A stretch of DNA of 63,993 nt, filler included, from a bacterium (GTDB taxonomy: Bacteria > UBA9089 > CG2-30-40-21 > SBAY01), in NCBI GenBank assembly GCA_040757115.1. It is 8 parts of 8 records of this genome, joined end to end, with 100 filler letters (N's around TTAATTAATTAA, not from the genome) between each part and the next. Parts side by side here need not be neighbours in the genome. Positions count along the whole stretch, not along the records: positions 38,822 to 44,036 come from JBFLYA010000261.1; positions 44,137 to 49,330 come from JBFLYA010000262.1; positions 49,431 to 54,598 come from JBFLYA010000263.1; 5 more parts are not named here. One strand, 5' to 3'. Below are positions 41,325 through 50,662 of the stretch, piece after piece (positions within the stretch are counted from its first letter, which is position 1; each line of letters starts with the position of its first letter). The notes under the pieces are model-generated. The model searched no databases and was not told where the DNA came from. It worked only from the letters and a program-made list of their open reading frames with translations. Position numbers and translations under genes: made by a program.

Positions 41325-41469
41325 CTTTTCAAAACCTCCTTTTTATTTTCATCTGGCTACTATTATATAACATTGAATACAATAAATCCCCTGCTGTCCA
41401 CGCGAGGTAGATAAGTGTCTTCATCCCCCTTGCCCCCGTCAAAAGATTCAACAACCAATAGTATCAGAC

Positions 41470-41620
41470 TATTGCTCTGTCGCCATTCAAGTGATTGATT
41501 GGCCGTTGTCCTCCGCTGGCGGGGGTAGGGGGGTGGATTCTTCTATTTCAGATTTCATATTCCATCCCCTTAATCCCCCGCCAGCGGGGGACATCAATTG
41601 AGTAGCGACAGAGCACTAGA
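41470..41620. mobile_element. CTAGTGCTCTGTCGC-TIR MITE with CCCCCGCCAGCGGGGG palindromes
   Basis: CTATTGCTCTGTCGC...GCGACAGAGCACTAG. Confidence 0.75.
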
Positions 41621-41719
41621 TTAAGACACCACCCGGATTTCGGGATTCGGGGATTTTTTCATTCCCGAATCCCGAACCCCGAATCCCGCGCCCCAAACCT
41701 ACACTCTTGATGCATAGAC

Positions 41720-43798
41720 CTATCTTCGTTCGTGAAGCAGTGCCTTTCGGCTTAAACTGATTCTATCATGCTCATCAATCCCAATCACCTTAACCATTAT
41801 TTCGTCTCCTTCATTAACTACATCCTCAACTTTTTTGACATGATAATCGGCTAATTGAGATATATGAAGCAATCCTTCTTTGCCGGGTAGTATTTCTACA
41901 AATGCACCGAAGGTGGTAACTCTCATCACCTTGCCGCGATAATTTTTGCCTACTTCAGCTTCTTCAATTAAATACTCAATCATCCCTACTGCTTGTGAGG
42001 TGGATTCTTTATCCGGTCCAGAGATATTTACCGACCCATCATCTTTAATATTAATTTTTGCTCCAGTAGTCTCTGTGATATTTTTGATTACCTTTCCGCC
42101 AGGGCCAATAACATCTTTAATCTTTCTCACCGGGATAGTCATCATAACAATATTAGGGGCATAGTCAGAAACCTCTTTTTTAGGTCGAGAAATAGCCTTT
42201 TCCATTTCGGATAAGATGAATAATCTTCCTTGTTTAGCCTGTTCTAATGTTGCTTTTATTATTTCATTAGTTATCCCTGGAATCTTTATATCCAATTGAA
42301 TACCCGTAATGCCATTTTTCGTTCCAGCAACCTTAAAATCCATATCACCATAAGCATCTTCTAATCCGGTAATATCCGTCATTAAGGCGAAGTTGTTATT
42401 TTCTTTAACCAAGCCAATACTGATTCCTGCAACCGGGTCAGTAATTGGGACTCCCGCGTCCATTAAAGACAATGAACCACCACATACCGAAGCCATAGAA
42501 GTAGAACCATTTGATTCTAAAATATCTGATACAACCCGAATGGTATAAGGGAATTTTTCTTTAGGTGGAACGACCGGGAAAAGTGAGCGTTCGGCTAAAG
42601 CACCATGTCCTACCTCGCGTCTGCCAGGACCTCGCATTGATTTAATCTCCCCAACGCTAAACGGCGGGAAATTGTAATGCAACATAAACTGTTTGAATTT
42701 CTTCCCCTCAATGTTATCTAACATTTGTTCATCATCTGGCGTTCCTAATGTCGTTATGACTAAACCCTGTGTTTGTCCTCTGGTAAATAATGCAGAACCA
42801 TGTGTTCTTGGTAATATCCCTACCTGACATTCTATGGGTCTGATTGAAGTAAGGTTGCGACCATCAACCCTTTTGCTATCTTTTAATATAGAGGTTCGAA
42901 TAATCTCTCCACTAATAATGTCTATTACTTTACGAATTTGTGGTTCCTGTTCAGAAGAAATTGATTCAAAATGTGAAATTGTTTGGGATATAGCCTCCTT
43001 AATTTTTTTATTCCTTAAAGTTTTATCTGGAATAAACAGAGCCTCTTTAAGTAAATTAGTTGCAAATTCTCGAACCTGGCGGTCAAGTTCCTTATCAATC
43101 ATAAATATAGGAACTTCCACCTTTTCTTTTCCTGCTTTTTGTCTCAAATTCTCTTGTAAATCAATAATTTGACAAATAATCGGTTGAGCAAACTCAATTG
43201 CATCTAAAATCACCCTTTCATCTAACTGATTGGCTGATGCCTCAAGCATCATAATCGTATCTTTGGTTCCTGCAACAATAATATCCAGGTCAGATTCATC
43301 TTTTTCTTGATAGGTAGGATTGACGATGAACTCCTGATTAATCCTTCCTATTCTCACGGCTCCAATGGGTGTGGTAAAAGGAATATCAGAGATATAAAGT
43401 GATGCAGATGCGCCGATGATACCAAAAATATCTGGTGGGGTATCATCTGCAGATAAAACGGTAGGAACTATCTGGACTTCATTTAAAAATCCTTCAGGAA
43501 ATAGGGGACGAAGTGGACGGTCAATAAGTCTGCTACTTAAGATTTCACGCTCGGATGGTTTTCCTTCTCGTCTGAAAAATCCTCCAGGTATTCTACCCGC
43601 CGCATAAAATCTTTCTTGATACTCAACGGTTAATGGGAAAAAGTCCGTTTCTTTATCTACCTCTGGACTTACAACTGAGGTAACTAAAACAGAAGTGTCT
43701 CCACATTTTACCCAGACACCACCGTTGGCTTGTTTAGCTACCTTCCCTGTTTCTAATGTCAGGTTTTTCTTACCTATTTTGCATTCAACTGTAAACAT
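41720..43798 (-). CDS. pnp: Polyribonucleotide nucleotidyltransferase
   Basis: Two RNase PH domains (SRLIDRPLRP, GDMDFKVAG), KH and S1. Confidence 0.98.
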   Translation of the reverse strand: MFTVECKIGKKNLTLETGKVAKQANGGVWVKCGDTSVLVTSVVSPEVDKETDFFPLTVEYQERFYAAGRIPGGFFRREGKPSEREILSSRLIDRPLRPLFPEGFLNEVQIVPTVLSADDTPPDIFGIIGASASLYISDIPFTTPIGAVRIGRINQEFIVNPTYQEKDESDLDIIVAGTKDTIMMLEASANQLDERVILDAIEFAQPIICQIIDLQENLRQKAGKEKVEVPIFMIDKELDRQVREFATNLLKEALFIPDKTLRNKKIKEAISQTISHFESISSEQEPQIRKVIDIISGEIIRTSILKDSKRVDGRNLTSIRPIECQVGILPRTHGSALFTRGQTQGLVITTLGTPDDEQMLDNIEGKKFKQFMLHYNFPPFSVGEIKSMRGPGRREVGHGALAERSLFPVVPPKEKFPYTIRVVSDILESNGSTSMASVCGGSLSLMDAGVPITDPVAGISIGLVKENNNFALMTDITGLEDAYGDMDFKVAGTKNGITGIQLDIKIPGITNEIIKATLEQAKQGRLFILSEMEKAISRPKKEVSDYAPNIVMMTIPVRKIKDVIGPGGKVIKNITETTGAKINIKDDGSVNISGPDKESTSQAVGMIEYLIEEAEVGKNYRGKVMRVTTFGAFVEILPGKEGLLHISQLADYHVKKVEDVVNEGDEIMVKVIGIDEHDRISLSRKALLHERR

Positions 43799-43920
43799 AA
43801 AATTTTTATCCTCCTTTTTTATGTTCCTCTAAATTGCTTAAAATTATAGTATATTTTGTTAATTATGTCAAGAAAAACTTATCCTTGACTTTTTTTTTAA
43901 CTCGTGATATAATCTTTTCT

Positions 43921-44036
43921 ATGGGAGAAATTAAAAGAATAAAAGTTGGTTTAATCTGGAGAGAAAGTTTTAAGATGATGGTTAAACAGCCCAGAATTTT
44001 TCTTCCCTATTTTACTTTAATTTTGTTAGAAATTAT
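43921..44036 (+). CDS. 5' fragment of probable membrane protein (contig end), apparently leaderless
   Basis: A TTGACT..TATAAT promoter ends 7 nt before ATG 43921. Confidence 0.5.
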
Positions 44037-44136
44037 NNNNNNNNNNNNNNNNNNNNNNNNNNNNNNNNNNNNNNNNNNNNTTAATTAATTAANNNNNNNN
44101 NNNNNNNNNNNNNNNNNNNNNNNNNNNNNNNNNNNN

Positions 44137-44465
44137 TGAAAAAATTTATTGAGGAACTCCCGAGTATAAAGAAAGCCAATCACCCCATAGAATATTCTGC
44201 TTTATTACACAAGGAATTTGTAGGAATACATCCATTTATTGATGGAAATGGAAGGATAGCCAGGCTCTTAATGAATCTTGCCTTACTACAAGCAGGCTAT
44301 ACAATTGTAATAATTCCTCCTATCCTCAGGCAAGACTATATAAATTTATTAGAGATTGCCCATACAAAGGCTGATGTTCAACCCTTTATAAACTTTATTT
44401 CTTGTATGCTATATGAAAGTCTAAGTGAATATCTTCGTCTAATTAAGGGGTATGAAGATGAATGA
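44137..44465 (+). CDS. Fic family protein, 3' part (5' cut by contig start)
   Basis: HPFIDGNGRIARLLMN Fic motif in frame upstream of the listed ATG. Confidence 0.9.
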
Positions 44466-44676
44466 AAAAGAGACATCAAAAGAAAGGTTTAAAAGATTAG
44501 CTACAGCAAGGACAAATACAGTCCTAAAGAGGCTTAGTGTGCTTGGAAACTGCGCCAATAGGCAGGTTTATGAATATACCAGAGAAGATATAGAAAAAAT
44601 CTTCGCCACAATTGAAAAGAAGACAAAAGAGATAAAGGCAAGATTTTATTTTCCAGATGAGGAGTTTAAGTTGTAG
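44452..44676 (+). CDS. Small conserved helical hypothetical protein
   Basis: ERFKRLA.ARTN..L..L..LGNC.N...YEY...D..KIF pattern; overlaps the Fic stop. Confidence 0.8.
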   Translation: MKMNEKETSKERFKRLATARTNTVLKRLSVLGNCANRQVYEYTREDIEKIFATIEKKTKEIKARFYFPDEEFKL

Positions 44677-44685
44677 GAGAAAGAA

Positions 44686-45291
44686 ATGAACAAGGAATTA
44701 TCCAATGTGGATATAGCTGTATATGCTCTTTATCTCTTAGATGGGTGGCAAAAGCGTGTTCATGCAGAAGACATTGCTTTAAAATGTTACAATCTTGCTC
44801 CCTCCAAATTTTCTTGGATAAAATATCCAGATTATCCCGATATTCTGGTTACTTACCAAGCATTAGGGGATGCTAAAAAACCAAAATATGGAACATTAGT
44901 TAAAGGGGAAAGCGAAAGAAAAAATCCTCCTGGAGGATGGATGCTAACATCTAACGGGTTTCAATGGATAAAAGCAAATAAGCCACGAATAGAACAATAT
45001 TTAGGTAGACATATACCAATGGGAGACCGCTTGCCTGCAGACAGAAAACTAAAAGAGTTATTTGGAACTGTAGCCTTTAGAAAATTCAGGGAGTATGGAG
45101 AACAAGCAGAAATTTCACATCCTGAATTTGCTGAATCACTTGTCTGCACAGTAAATACTAAAGCTGAGATATTGAACGACCGATTAGCTCAACTTTATTC
45201 AATAGCCGAAGAACTAAAAAAAGAGGAGGTTAAAAAATATGTGAATTTTTGTAACAGCAAGTTTGCCTTGCTGTTAAAAAAGGAGGTGTAA
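44686..45291 (+). CDS. Hypothetical protein, predicted winged-helix N-terminus
   Basis: AGGAG RBS. VHAEDIALKC...P.KFSW...PD...WMLT.NG pattern. Confidence 0.75.
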   Translation: MNKELSNVDIAVYALYLLDGWQKRVHAEDIALKCYNLAPSKFSWIKYPDYPDILVTYQALGDAKKPKYGTLVKGESERKNPPGGWMLTSNGFQWIKANKPRIEQYLGRHIPMGDRLPADRKLKELFGTVAFRKFREYGEQAEISHPEFAESLVCTVNTKAEILNDRLAQLYSIAEELKKEEVKKYVNFCNSKFALLLKKEV

Positions 45292-45294
45292 GAA

Positions 45295-47574
45295 ATGCCA
45301 AAGTTTGAAATTCCTCAAGAATGGAATTTGAGTACAAATCGGCGATATATACGCCAAAATATGGAAAGAGCAATGAGGGGAAAAATAGACCGGGGGTTAG
45401 TAGAGCTGATTACAAACTCTGATGGCAGTTATCAAGATTTAGAAGATTTAGAGGAAAAAAGGGGAAAGATTTTAGGAAAAATACGAATAGAGATTGAAAG
45501 GCGGAAAAAAGGACAACCTTCAATTGTGAAAGTGCGAGATAGAGCAGGTGGAATGAATAGAATGGAAATGTATGAGAAACTTGGTGAATTGGGTAAAAGA
45601 ACATCAGGATTTGAAAGAGGAAAGATGCGCCGTGGACTTCATGGACGAGGTGCAAGGGATGTTGCCGTTTTTGGAACTGTTCATTTTGAAAGCATTAAAG
45701 ATGAGGAATATAACCACCTAATTATTCCTCCTTCCCTAAAATGTAGGTTCACGGAACCTAAACCTAAGAAAGCCACTGAGGAAATACGAAAGAAACTTGG
45801 GATTCCAAGAGGTAACGGCACAGTAGTTACTATTGGGGTTGAGGGCAGGTTTGAAGTTCCACAACATCAAACTCTATTATACGAATTTTCACGATATTAC
45901 AGTCTGCGAGAGATATTTTCTAATCCTGATAGAGAAGTAAAATTGGTAGATCTGAATAAAAATAGAGAGGATCCCTTGTCTTATCCTTATCGCCATCGCC
46001 CTGGCGAAGAAATATTTAATGAAAGTTTTTCAGTTCCTAAATATCCAGAAGCTACAGCCCACCTTATGATCTATAAGCACATAAGTTCTTTTGAGCAAGG
46101 CATCCTTCCTTCTCGGGAGGGAATCTTGATTAAAAGTGGAGCAGCAATACACGACTGTACCTATTTTGGGTTAGAATCAGAACCATTTTCTTGGAGATTT
46201 ACAGGCGAGTTATGTTGTAAATTTATTGATAATTTAATTCGTGAATATGACGATAGGGAAGAAGCAAATCCTGATAATCCTAATCATCCTGAAGACAATC
46301 CAATACGATTATTAGACCCATTCCGTGATGGCTTAATACTTGAACACCCTTTCGCACAGGAGCTTTACAAAAGAGGCAAAGAAATTTTACGGCCTTTTAT
46401 TGAGGAATTAAAATCTGCTGAAGCCCATCCCAAACAAAATGTTACAAATGAAGACCTTGAAAGGAAATTAGATAATCTTTCTAAAGAAGTTTCAAGGGTT
46501 TTTGAAAGAAAACTAATTGAGATAGAAAAAGAAATCCCAACAGGAGATATTGCTGACCAAACAATTATAAGCCGTCCTAATGGTTTGCATATCATTCCAC
46601 TCAGCGAGAAAGAGGAAATATCTATTTTAGTGGATCAACCTAAAACATTTTCTATCATAGTGAAGCACTATGAAGATTTGGATGAATCCCTACCAATAGA
46701 TATTAAAAGCAGTGACCCTGATAATATAAGAGTTCGCACATCTCCAGTTTTTTTGAAAAAATTTTCAGAAGATAAAAAAGTTGGAAGGGCAACATTTACA
46801 GTAGAAGGTTCTAAAATTGGTGCAGAGGCATTTATTGAAGTCCGTTATAATGGATACGATAAATTGATGCTTGTAAAAGTTATTGAAGCCTCACCACCTG
46901 CCGAAGTTCCTGAAGGCTTTTCTTTTGAGAAACCTCTGTATCATCTACAACTTGGTAAAGAGAAAACCTTAACTTTACAGTTAAAAACTGCAACAAAAAA
47001 ATTAGATAATCAAATTCCTGTAGAAATAACCTCTGACCATCCTGAAGAGATTGTTGTAAAAGGGGGAGGAAGATATCTATTACGAGAAACTGATATTCTG
47101 GGAGTATTAGTTGGAAATTGTAGAATTATTGGACGCCAGTTAAAAGTAAAAGGAATTATAACCGCTCGAGTGAAAGGATTTGAACCTGCACATACAAGCG
47201 TTATAGTAGAGGAACGCAGCCCCCGGAGTGGAATTAACCTTAAATCTAAGCCTATAGATGATGATTTCGGTGTACTAAGATACAAATGGGACGATAAAGA
47301 ACCATATCTCTTGCTCATTGCAGCAAGGCACCCATCAATTGAGAGGTATTTGGGGGAGCTAACTGAACAAGGATATCCTGGGATAAATGATCCACGCTAT
47401 CATATAATTCTTGCTGAGATTATTGCTGAAGCATTAGCCTTTCGGATATTAGAAAAGCAATTTCCAAAAGAAGGAGTTGAGGGAAGATTAGATTATACTT
47501 CTACAGATGCTTACTATCACAAACACTTTTCTGAATTTCTTGCAATTACCCATAAACATCTTGTTACGGTTTAA
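45295..47574 (+). CDS. GHKL (MORC/Hsp90-like) ATPase with long beta-rich C-terminus
   Basis: ELITNSD (N box), VRDRAGGM (G1), GLHGRG (G2) and GNGTVVTI. Confidence 0.8.
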   Translation: MPKFEIPQEWNLSTNRRYIRQNMERAMRGKIDRGLVELITNSDGSYQDLEDLEEKRGKILGKIRIEIERRKKGQPSIVKVRDRAGGMNRMEMYEKLGELGKRTSGFERGKMRRGLHGRGARDVAVFGTVHFESIKDEEYNHLIIPPSLKCRFTEPKPKKATEEIRKKLGIPRGNGTVVTIGVEGRFEVPQHQTLLYEFSRYYSLREIFSNPDREVKLVDLNKNREDPLSYPYRHRPGEEIFNESFSVPKYPEATAHLMIYKHISSFEQGILPSREGILIKSGAAIHDCTYFGLESEPFSWRFTGELCCKFIDNLIREYDDREEANPDNPNHPEDNPIRLLDPFRDGLILEHPFAQELYKRGKEILRPFIEELKSAEAHPKQNVTNEDLERKLDNLSKEVSRVFERKLIEIEKEIPTGDIADQTIISRPNGLHIIPLSEKEEISILVDQPKTFSIIVKHYEDLDESLPIDIKSSDPDNIRVRTSPVFLKKFSEDKKVGRATFTVEGSKIGAEAFIEVRYNGYDKLMLVKVIEASPPAEVPEGFSFEKPLYHLQLGKEKTLTLQLKTATKKLDNQIPVEITSDHPEEIVVKGGGRYLLRETDILGVLVGNCRIIGRQLKVKGIITARVKGFEPAHTSVIVEERSPRSGINLKSKPIDDDFGVLRYKWDDKEPYLLLIAARHPSIERYLGELTEQGYPGINDPRYHIILAEIIAEALAFRILEKQFPKEGVEGRLDYTSTDAYYHKHFSEFLAITHKHLVTV

Positions 47575-47608
47575 AGTGAGTATGCTTACTTTAAAGATTA
47601 ATTGATAA

Positions 47609-47968
47609 ATGGAAAGGGGGATCACCATGAATTCATATTCCATAAAATTAAGAGCCTTATCTGAAAAAGAGGTGAATTGGGGACATTTTGTTCCAGAAAT
47701 TACTTTTGTCCTTTACCTCTGTGATGCCATTAAAGAATATGTTGATACAGAAGAAATAGCAAACAAGGCAGCAAGAACTTATCCAGATATATTTTCACTT
47801 CTGGGTGGCCCGGATACATATTTTACAGTAATGGCTCTTAAAGAAGCGAAATCTATTAACTGGCGTTATGCAAGGGGAGATGTGATAAAAGGGTGGAAAC
47901 TTACACAGCAAGGTATTTTATTTGCAAAAGATGTTGAGAGAAGAAAATTAAAAAAATACAAAACATAA
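47609..47968 (+). CDS. Small predicted winged-helix protein similar to N-terminus of 44686-45291
   Basis: VDTEEIANKA...PDIFSL...PD...ALKEAK...GWKLTQQG. The start may be 47627. Confidence 0.7.
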   Translation: MERGITMNSYSIKLRALSEKEVNWGHFVPEITFVLYLCDAIKEYVDTEEIANKAARTYPDIFSLLGGPDTYFTVMALKEAKSINWRYARGDVIKGWKLTQQGILFAKDVERRKLKKYKT

Positions 47969-48080
47969 CATTAACTGGACTTTCGTGAATTTTATGCTGT
48001 TGTTGAGGCTATCTGAATTATAAATCTAATGATGTTAAAACCCTTCTTATCCTCTCATTAATCGTTTATCTTGCCAAAAG

Positions 48081-48513
48081 GTAACTATTCATCACGCACG
48101 AAGGGCACGGAGAGCACGAAGTGAAATTTGATGAATTATCGAATTCATGAAGCTCAAATATTAACCTATATGGTAATACGTCAGTTATTTGGGGGAATGA
48201 ACATTAACCTGCGGAGGACAAAGCAATGAAAATAGTAGGCAAGTAGGTAGTAGGTAAGTAGGAAAGGGATAAAGGATGTGCACGGTATTCCTCTTCTGGG
48301 GGCAATGTCTCCCCCTTTCCTACTTTCCTACTCTCCTACTTCCTACTTTCAGGAGAATCCCCCATTTCACTGACCCATTACCATATATGAAATTGGCAAA
48401 TATCAAGGTTGGTCTATTGATAAATTTCAATGTGGAAAGATTAAAAGAAGGCATAAAGAGATTTGTTCTGTAACATCTCCCTGCCCTTCGTGCTCTTCGT
48501 GGTGAATAGTGAC
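48081..48513 (+). mobile_element. GTAAC-TIR element with deleted GxxExxY gene interrupted by a GGTAAT..ATTACC MITE (48172-48382)
   Basis: MKFDELSN/HEAQILTYM[insert][29 protein letters not shown]. (C/A)TATAT duplication. CACGAAG/CTTCGTG inverted flanks. Confidence 0.8.
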
Positions 48514-48514
48514 A

Positions 48515-48916
48515 CTAAAAGAATCTCTCCAGCAATTTAACAAATGCAGGATTACAAAGGGTTAAGGCAAGAAGGGCAATGGCAATAAAGATATTTAACC
48601 TGAAATTGAGGCTTTTAAATCTTTCATCAACCACATTAAACCTTTCCTCAATCCAATTTTTCATACCATTAAATCTTTCATCAACCATATTAAATCTTTC
48701 CTCAAAAATCTCTCTCGTAACAAGCTCTTTCTTTAACTCTTCTCTAACTTCTACCTTTATCATCTCTTTCTTTTCAACAATTACCTCTTTTGCCTTCTCG
48801 TCAATCGCGATTATAGCCTGTTCTATTGCCTTAGCAAATATCTCTGCCTTCCCATTATCCCCAAATGCCTCTTTTAATAGTTCAAAACAACTTCTTGGTA
48901 ATGTATATGCAATCAT
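48515..48916 (-). CDS. Coiled-coil protein with C-terminal TM (DUF1640/Bdr-like)
   Basis: ELVTRE, repeated ERF motifs and a hydrophobic C-terminus. Confidence 0.75.
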   Translation of the reverse strand: MIAYTLPRSCFELLKEAFGDNGKAEIFAKAIEQAIIAIDEKAKEVIVEKKEMIKVEVREELKKELVTREIFEERFNMVDERFNGMKNWIEERFNVVDERFKSLNFRLNIFIAIALLALTLCNPAFVKLLERFF

Positions 48917-48973
48917 CTTTTCACCTTCAATTATATTAAAACATAAAACTCAATCTTTGTCAAGAGAAATTTA

Positions 48974-49238
48974 TCGACCTGTGCGGTTGGGTTTTAGGTT
49001 ATTGACGCTGAAGGCGTCGAATTTTAAATAACCGTAGATGCAATCTACGGAAATAAACGCCCGCAAAACTCGACCCTGAAAGGGTCGAATGTAATCCATG
49101 GTTAGAATTCAACCCTTTCAGGGTTGAGTAGTAAGCAGGAGATTTTCTTCTCTCCGTAGATTTTATCTACGGTTATGTAAAAGTCAACTCTTTCAGGTTT
49201 GAGGAAATTTGCTTGTAATTTCTAACCGCACAGGTCGA
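48974..49238. mobile_element. TCGACCTGTGCGGTT-TIR MITE with REP-like cargo
   Basis: 15-bp TIR. Cargo shared with 8543-8797. Confidence 0.75.
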
Positions 49239-49431
49239 ATTTTTCCGTAATTTCGTGATTCTATTGAATAAATTGACAAAATTCCAACTTATTAAAGAAG
49301 CACAAATTAATTAGAATTGATATTATATCANNNNNNNNNNNNNNNNNNNNNNNNNNNNNNNNNNNNNNNNNNNNTTAATTAATTAANNNNNNNNNNNNNN
49401 NNNNNNNNNNNNNNNNNNNNNNNNNNNNNNC

Positions 49432-50247
49432 TTGAAGGCAATTTCTTATGGCACAGATTGCTATCCCAGAAAAGAACTTGATACCTGGATTAATATTAAA
49501 GACTTAAATGAGGCAGTGCTATTTAATCCAAGAAATTGCTACCAGAACTATAATGTTGCAGTAAATCTTTCAAATAAAGTTATCTATACCTATATGGGAG
49601 TATTACAACCCAAATTGGGTAATGCTAATTACTGTAGTGCCGGCCAGCTGTCTCCTTTATTCAACGACCCATTGTATTTAACCATAGGTGTTGGCACAAG
49701 GATATTTTTAGGCGGTGGGACAGGTTATGTTATCTGGCAGGGAACACAGCATAATCCTAATGTTCCTCGAGGTAAAAATGATGTCCCTAAATGTTCAGCC
49801 GGCACTCTATCAGTATTAGGAGATTTAAAACAAATGAGTCCAGAATGGTTGAGGGGAGTAAGTATGACTGGTTATGGCGTATCATTAGCCGTAGGAATTG
49901 GCATACCTATTCCAATACTTAATGAAGAAATTTGCCGATATACCGCAGTTAAAGACGAAGAAATATATACCCAGATTGTAGATTACAGTTCTGCATACCC
50001 GCAGGCAAAACCAGAAAGTTTAGGTGAAGTAAATTATGCCCAACTCAAAAGTGGAAAAATATTCCTTGATGGTAAAGAAATACCAACGGGTGGGCTGTCA
50101 AGCTATGCTAAAGCCAGAGAAATCGCCAATATACTTAAAGAATGGATTCTTAAAGGTAAATTTTTCCTGAGCGAACCGGTTCAGATGCTCCCATCTGTTG
50201 GCTCTACGGTTAACTTTAAGCCACTTAAGGAAATCGTAACTGTTTAG
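49432..50247 (+). CDS. Homocysteine biosynthesis protein (aspartate-semialdehyde sulfurtransferase, DUF39), 3' part
   Basis: GTDCYPR, NPRNCYQNY, GQLSPLFNDP and IGVGTRIFLGG motifs. Confidence 0.85.
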   Translation: MKAISYGTDCYPRKELDTWINIKDLNEAVLFNPRNCYQNYNVAVNLSNKVIYTYMGVLQPKLGNANYCSAGQLSPLFNDPLYLTIGVGTRIFLGGGTGYVIWQGTQHNPNVPRGKNDVPKCSAGTLSVLGDLKQMSPEWLRGVSMTGYGVSLAVGIGIPIPILNEEICRYTAVKDEEIYTQIVDYSSAYPQAKPESLGEVNYAQLKSGKIFLDGKEIPTGGLSSYAKAREIANILKEWILKGKFFLSEPVQMLPSVGSTVNFKPLKEIVTV

Positions 50248-50304
50248 CCACTGATTAGCATGGATAAAATGGAGGAGAAGGTAAAAACTAAGAAGTAAAA
50301 AATA

Positions 50305-50661
50305 GGCGAAACCCTCCTGCCCACAGCGTGGACACAAACGACGATGAAAATTAATGGGACGCAGATTTACAGGATTTACAAGATTTTAAAGAAAAACCAC
50401 TAAGGCACTATAAAAACATCAAGAAACTCTAAAGAAATAACTATAGAAATACAATAATAAAAAATTAATTTTAATCCTGTTCATCTGCGAAAATCTGCGT
50501 CCCATAACCTATTTTCAGGGGAAACGGACATGAGCCAAGGCTCACAAAGGGCAATGAAAATGGGAGAAGGACAACCCCCTAACCCCCTTTATTAAGGGGG
50601 AATTGCTGAGAGTTTCTTTCTTCCCGAATCCCGAGTCCCGAGTCCCGATTTTCAGGGGAAA
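50305..50661 (+). repeat. Two-unit array of the TGAAAAT/ATTTTCAGGGGAAA family with different cargos
   Basis: Junction at 50511-50561. Ends 1 nt before ATG 50663. Confidence 0.78.
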
Positions 50662-50662
50662 C

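Noticed and set aside
47962-48010. attC after the wHTH gene (ACATAAC...GTTGAGG)
   Set aside because: No pairing L boxes.
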